A DNA stretch of 32,000 bases from assembly GCA_000743035.1 (NCBI GenBank), contig CP008936.1, positions 990,001 through 1,022,000 of the forward strand, written 5' to 3'. Positions 1 to 8,400 of this stretch are shown one piece after another; the stretch's first letter is position 1, and each line of letters starts with the position of its first letter. The translations under genes were made by a program, and so were the position numbers. Under the pieces are notes generated by a model. It had not been told where the DNA came from, did not search any database, and saw only the letters and a list, made by a program, of their open reading frames with translations. Source of the stretch: Candidatus Paracaedimonas acanthamoebae. Its GTDB lineage: Bacteria > Pseudomonadota > Alphaproteobacteria > Caedimonadales > Caedimonadaceae.

Positions 1-132
1 TTAGTATGTTGTTTCTTCTATTAAAGAAAGCAAAGAAGTATACTCAAGCCTATTTAGTATCATCTACCTCATTCCAATATCTTTCATAGTTTTTCTGCCT
101 ATGCATTTTTTGGCTCTAGAAATGATGCAAAT

Positions 133-378
133 TTAAAGGATTGCTGTTTCTGCATCAGTCTGCTGAAGTTTGAGGCTTTTCTCAATATCCAAAATATCTC
201 CTGGCTGGCACTCAAGGGCGCTGCAAATGGCTTCTAAGGTTGAGAATCTTATGGCCTTTGCCTTTCCTGTTTTCAAAATTGATAAATTGGTTTCAGAAAT
301 CCCCACAAGCTCTGCAAGTTTGTTGAGTTTCATTTTACGACGTGCCATTAACTCATCTAAGCGAACAATAATTTTCAA
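133..378 (-). CDS. Short XRE/Cro-C1-type helix-turn-helix transcriptional regulator, YozG-like (81 aa)
   Basis: The translated ORF has the short-HTH pattern of this family: LDELMARRKMKLNKLAELVGISETNLSILKTGKAKAIRFSTLEAICSALECQPGDIL. It lies 10 nt downstream of a DUF2975-like membrane gene on the same strand, which is the usual pairing. Confidence 0.8.
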   Translation of the reverse strand: MKIIVRLDELMARRKMKLNKLAELVGISETNLSILKTGKAKAIRFSTLEAICSALECQPGDILDIEKSLKLQQTDAETAIL

Positions 379-388
379 TGGCCCCTCC

Positions 389-943
389 CTAAATAACCAT
401 GCTTTGCTCTTCAGAAATCTGATGAGCTTGCTTGATCAAGAAAATAATTAAATAAAGACACAGTGCTAACAAGATACTGTTAATATTGTCAGTTCCAAAA
501 GTAATAGAGATCGTTCGATGCCCAACAGGAAGATGCCATGTTGTTATGAAACTCATTGCCATTTTTGATAACGGCTCATAAATAATTGAAAAAAAATAAA
601 AACGAGCTATCTTTTCATAAAGAGAGATCGATGCTTTTGAAAAAGGCTGTCCTTGGCGAATGAGTTCCAATAATTTATGAAGGGAAATCAAAATAATGAT
701 AAAGATCCCACTTCCTATTGAATCAACGAACCATCCCGTTACACGTTGACCAAATCCTAAAGTTTTTAAGACATCCAGAGAGAGAGAAGCAGTAAATGAA
801 GTTCCTAGTCCGGTATTTCCTATTCCGAAAACATCTTGAGACCAATTTAAAACTGGCACTAAACCTGTTAAACAAATATACGCAATTAAAAATTTTTTTA
901 AAAATTCAATTAATTTTAAGGACTTAGGCTTATTCTCTTCCAC
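389..943 (-). CDS. DUF2975-like multi-pass membrane protein (184 aa)
   Basis: There are about four hydrophobic segments. Size and position, directly upstream of a YozG-like HTH gene, match the DUF2975 family as I recall it. The start is GTG, preceded by AAGGAAG about 7 nt upstream. Family assignment is from memory and context only. Confidence 0.6.
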   Translation of the reverse strand: MEENKPKSLKLIEFLKKFLIAYICLTGLVPVLNWSQDVFGIGNTGLGTSFTASLSLDVLKTLGFGQRVTGWFVDSIGSGIFIIILISLHKLLELIRQGQPFSKASISLYEKIARFYFFSIIYEPLSKMAMSFITTWHLPVGHRTISITFGTDNINSILLALCLYLIIFLIKQAHQISEEQSMVI

Positions 944-1169
944 TTTGTTCTTCCTTATGTTATTGTATTTACACTTTCATAGCCTAACATGGAAACAATG
1001 AATTACAACTATAAATTTACGAATTTCATAAAAATTATTCTTTTTTTCATTATATCGATAAAACTCTTCTAGATTAAATTTTTGGACAAAGGCTTGAATT
1101 TATAAGCTGATCTGTGCCTAAATACTGAATTAATTGGCATTGTAAATTTATTTTGATTTTATAACTAAC

Positions 1170-1490
1170 ATGAGAGAGAAACTATTACCTTCTGGGCAAT
1201 ACATCGTAGGAACTGTTCAATTTGATTTGTATGATGAAAATAGACCAGAGCTAAAATTTCCTAAAGGCCGACTTATTCCATGTCAATTTTATTTTCCTAT
1301 AAATAAAGGGTATCATAAGACGTATGAGAAAAGCCTAGAACCAAGAGGAAATCGTAGGTTTCCTTTACTTAAAAGCGTCTGTTTCAGCAAGCCATCTCAT
1401 CTTAATGAAAATTTTGCCAGGGCAATATCCCCTTATAATATTAAATCATGGCAATTGCGTAAGTATGACAGATTATACATTTTTGACTGA
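1170..1490 (+). pseudogene. 5' fragment of the downstream alpha/beta hydrolase, separated from it by a +1 frame change
   Basis: The first ~78 codons (GQYIVGTVQFDLYDENRPELKFPKGRLIPCQFYFP) resemble the N-terminal beta-strand region that precedes the oxyanion HG motif in PAF-acetylhydrolase/lipase-like hydrolases. The tail of this ORF overlaps the 1405 ORF out of frame. No Shine-Dalgarno sequence precedes 1170. Confidence 0.5.
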
Positions 1491-2127
1491 AGACTTGGCA
1501 TCACATGGTTATATTGTAATTTCGATTGGTCATCAATTAAGCACGGATATAGATCTGCCTAACCACTGGAATCGAAGATCCTACTCCAAACATGGCAGAG
1601 TTATCGATAATATTTTATATGTTTTTCAATGGGTTGAAAAACATATTGAAGATATTTTCCAAAGTAAAATTAATCTTAATAAAATTGCATTAATAGGCCA
1701 TTCTATGGGAGGTAATGCATTATTAATGCTTACAAATAGAATATCGTCGATGTTCCGACCAAACGTAGATACTTTATTACCTCGCCATCAGCCCAATCAT
1801 AAATCCAAAGAATGTATTATATTTATAGATGGAGAATTTCCACCTGTGTACAATACAAATATACCTATTTTTCATCTCTTATCAGAAGAGCGTTCAGAAT
1901 ATCAGGAAGAGATAGGTACAAGAGATTATCTTACTAAAGAAAAATACAATTTTAAATATTATAAAGGATCACGTCATATCAGCTTTATGGATCATGCGCT
2001 CGTATTACGTACAATTCCGGGAACTAATGAAAAGTATTTTAATGGGACAGATGAAGAACTCTTGGAGTTTTATAATTCTGCAAGATCAGATATAAGGAGC
2101 TTTCTTAGCTCAGTAGATATTGCATAA
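1405..2127 (+). CDS. Alpha/beta hydrolase, PAF-acetylhydrolase/lipase-like (240-aa ORF as it stands; likely the 3' part of a ~320-aa gene)
   Basis: It has the oxyanion-region motif YPLIILNHG, then LASHGYIVISIGH, and the nucleophile elbow GHSMGG. A C-terminal GSRHISFMDH is a candidate catalytic-His region. Confidence 0.75.
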   Translation: MKILPGQYPLIILNHGNCVSMTDYTFLTEDLASHGYIVISIGHQLSTDIDLPNHWNRRSYSKHGRVIDNILYVFQWVEKHIEDIFQSKINLNKIALIGHSMGGNALLMLTNRISSMFRPNVDTLLPRHQPNHKSKECIIFIDGEFPPVYNTNIPIFHLLSEERSEYQEEIGTRDYLTKEKYNFKYYKGSRHISFMDHALVLRTIPGTNEKYFNGTDEELLEFYNSARSDIRSFLSSVDIA

Positions 2128-2195
2128 ATTCCCCTGTTACACCGATCAAACCATTTGTGATTGTGATTCAAAAGGCCCCATCCAAAGAATAAGTA

Positions 2196-2675
2196 CTATT
2201 CCCCAAAAGAATGAAAATGACTTTTGTAGAAAATTAATGGATTTTCAGTCGATAAAATATCTAAATTCTGTGCTTCTGCGATGAGAATATGGTGATCTCC
2301 TGCGGCATGGATAGCTTTTGGCTTGCACTCAAGCGCTGCTACAATACCCTTTAAAATCGGATTACCAAAAGAGGAAACTGCCCATTCTACCTCTTTCCAA
2401 TCCTTTAAATCGTGAGCTGCAAAGCTTCGTGCTAATGACTCTTGTTCACCTGATAAAATATTCACGGCAAAGCTTGGAGTTTCCGTAAAATAGTGCGCTG
2501 TCTTGGAATATTTGTTCAAACAAAATAATAGAAGAGGTGGCTTTAGCGATGCTGATGTCAAAGAATTTATGGTCATTCCATGAGGATTTCCATCAGAATC
2601 ACATCTCGTCAAAATTGCAACACCTGTTGTGAAATGGCTCATTGCCTTACGAAAATCTTGAGAAGAAAAAGACAT
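2196..2675 (-). CDS. Flavin reductase-like FMN-binding domain protein (159 aa)
   Basis: FRKAMSHFTTGVAILT...GMTINSLTSASLKPPLLLFCL is the characteristic N-terminal signature of the flavin reductase (HpaC/RutF-like) domain. Its start is 2 nt after the ABC ATPase stop, so it is probably translationally coupled. Confidence 0.8.
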   Translation of the reverse strand: MSFSSQDFRKAMSHFTTGVAILTRCDSDGNPHGMTINSLTSASLKPPLLLFCLNKYSKTAHYFTETPSFAVNILSGEQESLARSFAAHDLKDWKEVEWAVSSFGNPILKGIVAALECKPKAIHAAGDHHILIAEAQNLDILSTENPLIFYKSHFHSFGE

Positions 2676-2677
2676 CC

Positions 2678-3400
2678 CTAGAGAACTTTCTCTAAAAATT
2701 GTTGTGCACGTACCGTCTTAGGCTTTTTAAAAAATTCTTTAGGGGATGAAACTTCAAGAAGCCTTCCCTCATCAAGAAACCAAATGTGATCGGCAGCTTC
2801 TCGTGCAAAACCCATCTCATGCGTTACGATCACCATCGTCATTTTCTGGTGAGCAAGGTTTTTTATCACTTCTAAAACTTCTTTTACCATTTCAGGGTCT
2901 AAGGCTGAAGTTGGCTCATCAAAAAGGATGATTTCTGGTCCCATAGCTAAGGCTCGCGCGATAGCAACACGTTGCTTTTGTCCTCCAGAGAGTTGAGTAG
3001 GGTAAGCGGAAGCTTTATCCAAAAGGCCAACTTTCTTCAAAAGATCCTTAGATTTCGTAATAGCTTTATCCCGAGGCTCTTTTAAAACCTGGCAAGGCGC
3101 GTAAATAAGGTTTTCAATCACTGTCATATGCGGAAATAGATTAAATTGTTGAAAAACCATTCCTATTTTTTGCCGGATTAAAGCAATATTACAGGAAGGT
3201 GCTGTAATTTCGTCCTGACTTATAAAGATTTGACCTTCACTAGGCCTTTCCAAAAGATTAAGACAACGCAACAGAGTTGATTTTCCCGAACCAGAAGGCC
3301 CTAAGATCGCAACCACTTCTCCACGAGCAACTTCAGCTGTAACCTGTTTAAGAATTTTATGATGCGCAAAATTTTTAGAGAGGTCCTTAATTTTAATCAC
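2678..3400 (-). CDS. Polar amino-acid ABC transporter ATP-binding protein (240 aa)
   Basis: It has Walker A GPSGSGKST, the ABC signature LSGGQKQRVAIARAL and Walker B ILFDEPTSALD. Overall it resembles GlnQ/ArtP/YecC. Confidence 0.92.
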   Translation of the reverse strand: MIKIKDLSKNFAHHKILKQVTAEVARGEVVAILGPSGSGKSTLLRCLNLLERPSEGQIFISQDEITAPSCNIALIRQKIGMVFQQFNLFPHMTVIENLIYAPCQVLKEPRDKAITKSKDLLKKVGLLDKASAYPTQLSGGQKQRVAIARALAMGPEIILFDEPTSALDPEMVKEVLEVIKNLAHQKMTMVIVTHEMGFAREAADHIWFLDEGRLLEVSSPKEFFKKPKTVRAQQFLEKVL

Positions 3401-4049
3401 TTTTCTTTAACCTTTTCTCTAGCAGAGTTGCTAAATTGGAGAATAAGATAACAAGCATATAATAAATGAACCCTACCGCGACAAGTGGTTCAAAATAAAT
3501 ATATTTTTCAGCTGCAACAATGTTTGCTCGCCGCAACAAATCTGCTTCTCCAATAATGGAAATTATTGCCGATTCTTTTAAGAGATTCACAAACTCATTC
3601 ACAAGCGCCGGCAGAATATTTTTAATTGCTTGGGGGAAAATAATATCTTTCATCATAGCTTGTTGGGTAACGCCTAAAGCTGCCGCAGCTTCAAACTGCC
3701 CCATATCAACCGCTTGAATCCCTGCGCGAATGATTTCAGAGACATAAGCACCGGAGTTAAGCGAGAAAGCAAGAACTCCTGCTTCAAAAGCTGTAATTCG
3801 GTAACCGGTTAGCTGAGGAAGCGCAAAGTAAATTAGAGAAAGCTGCACGAGCAAAGGCGTCCCCCGAAAAATGGATGTATAAAACTTAGAGAAAACTTCT
3901 AACACCTTACATGAGGAAAGTTTCATTAAGGCTAAAATAGAACCGATCATAAAACCAAAAAATATTGAGAGTAGCGTATACTTTAAGGTGACTAAGGTCC
4001 CTTCAAGAATGTAAGGAAATGATTCAATAACGACTGAAAAATGAAACAA
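3393..4049 (-). CDS. Polar amino-acid ABC transporter permease, His/Glu/Gln/Arg/opine family (218 aa)
   Basis: The family pattern is present: FRGTPLLVQL...LNSGAYVSEIIRAGIQAVDMGQFEAAAALG...FPQA. It overlaps the ATPase gene by 8 nt. Confidence 0.9.
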   Translation of the reverse strand: MFHFSVVIESFPYILEGTLVTLKYTLLSIFFGFMIGSILALMKLSSCKVLEVFSKFYTSIFRGTPLLVQLSLIYFALPQLTGYRITAFEAGVLAFSLNSGAYVSEIIRAGIQAVDMGQFEAAAALGVTQQAMMKDIIFPQAIKNILPALVNEFVNLLKESAIISIIGEADLLRRANIVAAEKYIYFEPLVAVGFIYYMLVILFSNLATLLEKRLKKSD

Positions 4050-4200
4050 GACTATTCTCTCATCAAAAAATAATGGAGGATATTATCATGATTTTAAACA
4101 AAGTCAAAGAAGCTCTACCTTGAAGAAACTGAGATTTAAAAACTAAAATTAAAAAACACTTAAAACAATATATTAAAATAGTATTAAATAAATATAAGTT

Positions 4201-4222
4201 ATTTTATTAATATTTTATTAAT
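4201..4222. repeat. Perfect tandem 2 x 11-bp repeat (ATTTTATTAAT) bracketed by inverted arms ATAAGT (4194-4199) and ACTTAT (4223-4228); a 12-bp perfect palindrome TATATTAATATA follows at 4226-4237
   Basis: Read directly from the sequence. It lies inside a nearly pure A/T block (~4130-4270) between the divergent ABC permease gene and the flp gene. Its function is unknown. Confidence 0.85.
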
Positions 4223-4289
4223 ACTTATATTAATATAATAAATATGTTATTATATTTATATAATAAAAATAAAAGAGGAGGTTATTTCC

Positions 4290-4460
4290 ATGAAAATATT
4301 AATGAAAAATTTTTTAAGACAAGAAGAAGGAGCATCTTTGGTTGAGTATGCTATCTTAGCGGCTCTTATTTCAGTCGTTGCGATAGCAACAATATCTGAC
4401 CTAGGTACCAAAGTTAATGAGACTTTTACTAGCATTAAGGATAAATTTACGACAGATTAA
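4290..4460 (+). CDS. flp: Flp/Fap-family type IVb (Tad) pilin prepilin, 56 aa (not in the supplied ORF track)
   Basis: My translation is MKILMKNFLRQEEGASLVEYAILAALISVVAIATISDLGTKVNETFTSIKDKFTTD. It contains the Flp signature: a charged leader, G|A processing-site context, xxVEYAIL, then a hydrophobic helix. A strong Shine-Dalgarno sequence (AAAGAGGAGG, 4272-4281) lies 8 nt upstream of the ATG, and a perfect hairpin terminator follows. Confidence 0.85.
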   Translation: MKILMKNFLRQEEGASLVEYAILAALISVVAIATISDLGTKVNETFTSIKDKFTTD

Positions 4461-4474
4461 TCATAAGCTTATAG

Positions 4475-4502
4475 AAAAAGGCCTGACTAGTCAGGCCTTT
4501 TT
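4475..4502. terminator. Bidirectional intrinsic terminator between convergent flp and HU genes
   Basis: AAAAAGGCCTGACTAGTCAGGCCTTTTT is a perfect 28-nt palindrome. It has a GC-rich 7-8 bp stem flanked by A5 on one side and T5 on the other. Confidence 0.8.
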
Positions 4503-4516
4503 ATTTTCTAGATTTA

Positions 4517-4789
4517 TCAAGCAACAGCTTCTTTTAAGCCTTTACCTGCACGAAACTTAGGAAGTTTTGAAGCAGGAATCTTGATCTTTTCACCTGTCCG
4601 CGGATTACGACCTTCGCTGGCTGCACGTTTTACAACAGTAAATGTGCCAAACCCAACAAACCGCATTTCACCATTTTTCTTCAAAGCATGAGTAATTGCG
4701 TCAAAAATACCATCGACAGCCTTTGATGCATCACTTTTTGTAAGCCCAGAAAGAGAAGAGACTTTTACTACTAAATCACTCTTATTCAT
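4517..4789 (-). CDS. hup: HU family DNA-binding protein (90 aa)
   Basis: MNKSDLV...GFGTF.V..RAA.EGRNPRTGEKIKIPA...P.F..GK.LK is a full-length HU/IHF fold signature, including the RNPRTGE arm. Confidence 0.93.
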   Translation of the reverse strand: MNKSDLVVKVSSLSGLTKSDASKAVDGIFDAITHALKKNGEMRFVGFGTFTVVKRAASEGRNPRTGEKIKIPASKLPKFRAGKGLKEAVA

Positions 4790-4847
4790 GTTAATTACCC
4801 TTTGTTCCGGTTAATCCAAGGAGCTACTCAGCTCATACACAGTTGTC

Positions 4848-4876
4848 ACTCTAGTAAAGACTATAACTAACGTCAA
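4848..4876 (-). promoter_or_regulatory. Sigma70-like promoter candidate for the HU gene
   Basis: On the minus strand: TTGACG (4876-4871), 17 nt spacer, TAGAGT (4853-4848). This predicts a leader of about 55 nt. Sequence pattern only. Confidence 0.4.
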
Positions 4877-5005
4877 TGCACCTTTTCTTAAAAGAAATAA
4901 AAAATAGACGAATTTTAAAGAATAAAATAAATATTAGTATGTTTATTAACTTATATTAGGAAATGAGATTATAATAAATTCATAAAAATAATAGAATTTA
5001 ATTTA

Positions 5006-5335
5006 TTATTTATTTTGAGGGAGATTTCCGTTAGTATGAACAACAACCTCATGCGGATGAACATATCCTAAAACATCTTTGGCTCGCTCCGCTAAAAGAT
5101 CAGAACAAATTGAACCTGGACGCAGTAATTTTACGCGATTTTCAAGAATTATCTCTTGGTGTTTTAACAACGACAAGCGTTCTTGAGCTTTAAATAGTTG
5201 ATTTTCAAGTATTTGCCATGCACAAATTCCCCTATTTCCTTGAATAAGGTGATACGAAAAGTAAGCAATAGCACACAATCCAAAGCTTGGCGCGAGGAAA
5301 CGATTGGCTCTTCTTTTAAGTTCACGAATTAACAT
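5006..5335 (-). CDS. ftsB: Septum formation initiator, FtsB/DivIC family (109 aa)
   Basis: It has a single N-terminal TM segment (FGLCAIAYFSYHLI), then a coiled-coil/leucine-zipper-like region and a C-terminal ERA...LGYV.P.E motif typical of FtsB. Confidence 0.75.
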   Translation of the reverse strand: MLIRELKRRANRFLAPSFGLCAIAYFSYHLIQGNRGICAWQILENQLFKAQERLSLLKHQEIILENRVKLLRPGSICSDLLAERAKDVLGYVHPHEVVVHTNGNLPQNK

Positions 5336-5432
5336 GGGTTGCAGAATAACGCATTCTTTATCTCATTACAACTTTAATAACTTCTCTCTATCAGTAGATC
5401 TGTTCGCTATTTCTCACAAATTTAGTAAGCTT

Positions 5433-8400
5433 TTAAATTATTTTTTTACCGAACTCTGGCATAACATATGAATAATTTTCCATAATTTCTGATACTTCTT
5501 TAAGAGCTCTCTCAAGCTGTGGATCTTTCCCCTCAGTATAATCTTGAGGTGTGATATCAATCTCAATATCGGGATCAACCCCATAATTTTCAAGCTTTAA
5601 GCCAACATCCTTAAACCAAAAGGAAAATTCTGGCTGTGTTGTCATTCCTCCATCGACAAGCGGATATCTTGGCGCAATACCAATAACGCCTCCCCAAGTT
5701 CTTTTTCCAATCAAAGGACCTAATTTCATTAACTTAAAGGCATGAGAGAACATATCACCATCAGACCCTGCGTACTCATTTGTAATAGCGACCATTGGTC
5801 CCGCAGGAGAATCTTCTGGATAAGGAATTAAACCATGGTGACGAGAAGCATCATAACCTAAACGGCGGCGGGCAAGTTTTTCAAGTAAAAGAGCTGAAAC
5901 ATTCCCTCCTCCATTAAAGCGTACATCTACAATTAATCCCTCTCGATCACATTCAGCAAGGAATGAACGGTGAAACTCAGCAAAGCCATGAGCCCCCATA
6001 TCTGGGATATGAATATAGCCTACTTTTCCTTGTGATTTTTCATGAATATAAGTACGATTTGTCTCTACCCAATCACGATAACGAATATTTGTTTGAGAGC
6101 GTGCTGTTTTAACAATCACGTCTCTTTTATTCTTTCCATCTTTATCACTGATAGTTAAGGCAACCTCAATATTTGCCTGGTAAACAAGCAAAGAACTAGG
6201 AGAGGTTGTTTCATCTAATTCTTGATGGTTGATAGCCCATAAAAGATCTCCTTCTTTGATACCTAATCCAGGTTGCAATAAAGGAGAACCCTTTGTTGGT
6301 AACCAATGATCACCACGTGCAATCTTCACAAATTGGTAGACTCTTTTCTTAGAGTCAAAAATGAAATCAGCAGCCAACTGCCCAACCGTATAACGAGGAG
6401 CCATTCGAAGATCTCCCCCATAAACATAAGCATGTGAAGTTCCTAATTCTCCTTGCATTTCCCAAAGCAAATCACTTAACTCACCGCGGCTTCCAAGACG
6501 AGGAAGTAGATTATAGTATCTTTTATAGATCTGTTGCCAATCAACTTTAGACATATCTTCACTCCAGAAATGGTCCCGTTGAAGACGCCAAGCTTCTTTA
6601 TACATTTGTTCCCATTCAAAGACAGGGTTTACGGCAACACGAAGACGACTTAAATCTATCCACCCATTTTTACGGTTTGGCTTATCCATATCACGATCAT
6701 CTGGCTTTTCATCTGCTTTAAAAACACGCAGCTTTGAGCCCGTCTTATAACAAATCCATTGACTGTCTAAAGAGAAATTGAGAACAGAAACATTATGGAT
6801 TAAATCATCCACCTTCTGGGATTCGAAATCAAAGACTTCAAGTGTTCCTCCTTCATAGTCTAATGAATCCTCAGGATCATGCAATGCTCCTTCCACATGC
6901 CAAGATAGATAAGCTATCTTTCCTTTAAGAGCGACGAGATCACTGTAAAGTCCTTCTTCAATTGGAAAAGCAATTAACCTATTTTCAATTCCTTCTAAAT
7001 CAATATTAATTTTCTCAATTTTATTCGCCTTTTTGTCATTTTTTTTCTTATCTTTTTCTTCTTCCTTAGTTGAAAGTTCAAGCGCCTTCGGAATAAATGG
7101 AGAAGCTGTATCCTTTTGAAGTGCAATTGCATAAGGCTTCATTCCTCGGGGGAAACCAAGTTCAAAATGAAGCGCGTCCCAACTAGGGTTAAAATGGCGA
7201 TATGATAGAAAATATAAATACTTGCCTTCTGGATCGAAAGCAGGAGACAAATCACGCATTAATGGCTGTGTAATTGGCGTAAGTTTATTCGTTTTTACAT
7301 GATAAAGTTTTAATCCTATCGTACGCCGCGTAAACGAACAATTATAAGCAACCCACTCACCATCTGGAGACCACGAAACACCATCAATATTAGAATACTC
7401 ACTTCGATCAATTTTTGTCAGTTTCCAAGAACTTAAATCAATATGAAATATCTCATTTCGATGATTAATTAGAATTGCTTCATCCTTACAAGGATTAGGA
7501 TAAATGTTTTCTGCCCGTCCAAAAGATAATTCTCCTGATGAACTTAAACACTCGGATGTACCCCCATGATAAATTTCAAGAGTTTCTTCACAATCTCGAT
7601 CATGAATTAAAAGGACTCTTTCACCATCATGTAACCATCGTGGAATACGAAAACGCACACCTTGTTGTGCGCCGAGTTGAAAAACGGCACCTTCCCAATT
7701 TCCAAACGCAAATGCCTTACCACGCGTTACAACAGCTAAATGATGTCCTTTAGGATGAATTGTGAAATCTTCCAAATGACGCCCAGGCGCAATAAATTTG
7801 CGGTTACGTTGAAATTTAGTACTGTGATAGTCAAATGTGACTTTCTTTGTAGTATTTTCTTGAGGATCAAAGAGATAAAGATTCCCCCCTGCATGATAGA
7901 CGATCCGATAACCATCTGTAGATTGGTTACGAACATAGTAATCTGAATGATTTGTATGCTGCCTTATATCTGATCCATCAATAAGACAAGAGTATAAATT
8001 ACCGACGCCTTCATGATCAGAGCTAAAATAAATACGATCTTGAATCCATAAAGGACGCGCAAAATCGCTTCTTAATTCTAAAAGGCTTTTAAAGTTACCT
8101 TTACCAAACTGATCAATCCATAGCTGACCTGCCGTCCCTCCACGATAACGCTTCCAAAACCCATATTCTCGATAACCATGCCTTTGAATGACAGCAACTT
8201 TACTCCCTTTTTCTTTAAAAGAAATAAAATTAGCCGGGCCTATAGGGAGACGCTGAGGTTCTCCTCCATTAGGTGATACACACCATAAAGCGTTCCATCG
8301 ACTAAAAGGCTGCCCTGCTGAACTTGCAAAAATAATCCCTTCTTCTGTCCATGTAATCACATTTACTTCTTCTCCCAAAAAGGTAAGCCGTTTAATAGGC

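Noticed and set aside
1-132. A possible 3' end of a gene entering from the left edge (a plus-strand frame is open to ~89)
   Set aside because: It is only about 29 codons with no recognisable motif, so it cannot be distinguished from non-coding sequence. No clear terminator hairpin for the HTH gene was found here either.
989-1072. A 27-aa hydrophobic-tailed small ORF (METMNYNYKFTNFIKIILFFIISIKLF) in the DUF2975/hydrolase intergenic region
   Set aside because: It has no Shine-Dalgarno sequence. The composition is what AT-rich non-coding DNA yields by chance, and the region is more plausibly divergent promoter DNA.
4073-4123. A mini-ORF (MEDIIMILNKVKEALP, or 11 aa from the ATG at 4088) preceded by a strong GGAGGA, which could be a leader peptide upstream of flp
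   Set aside because: It is too short to evaluate and has no known motif. The GGAGGA lies inside the longer version. No attenuator-like alternative hairpins are visible between it and flp. It would only be worth revisiting if ribosome profiling exists.
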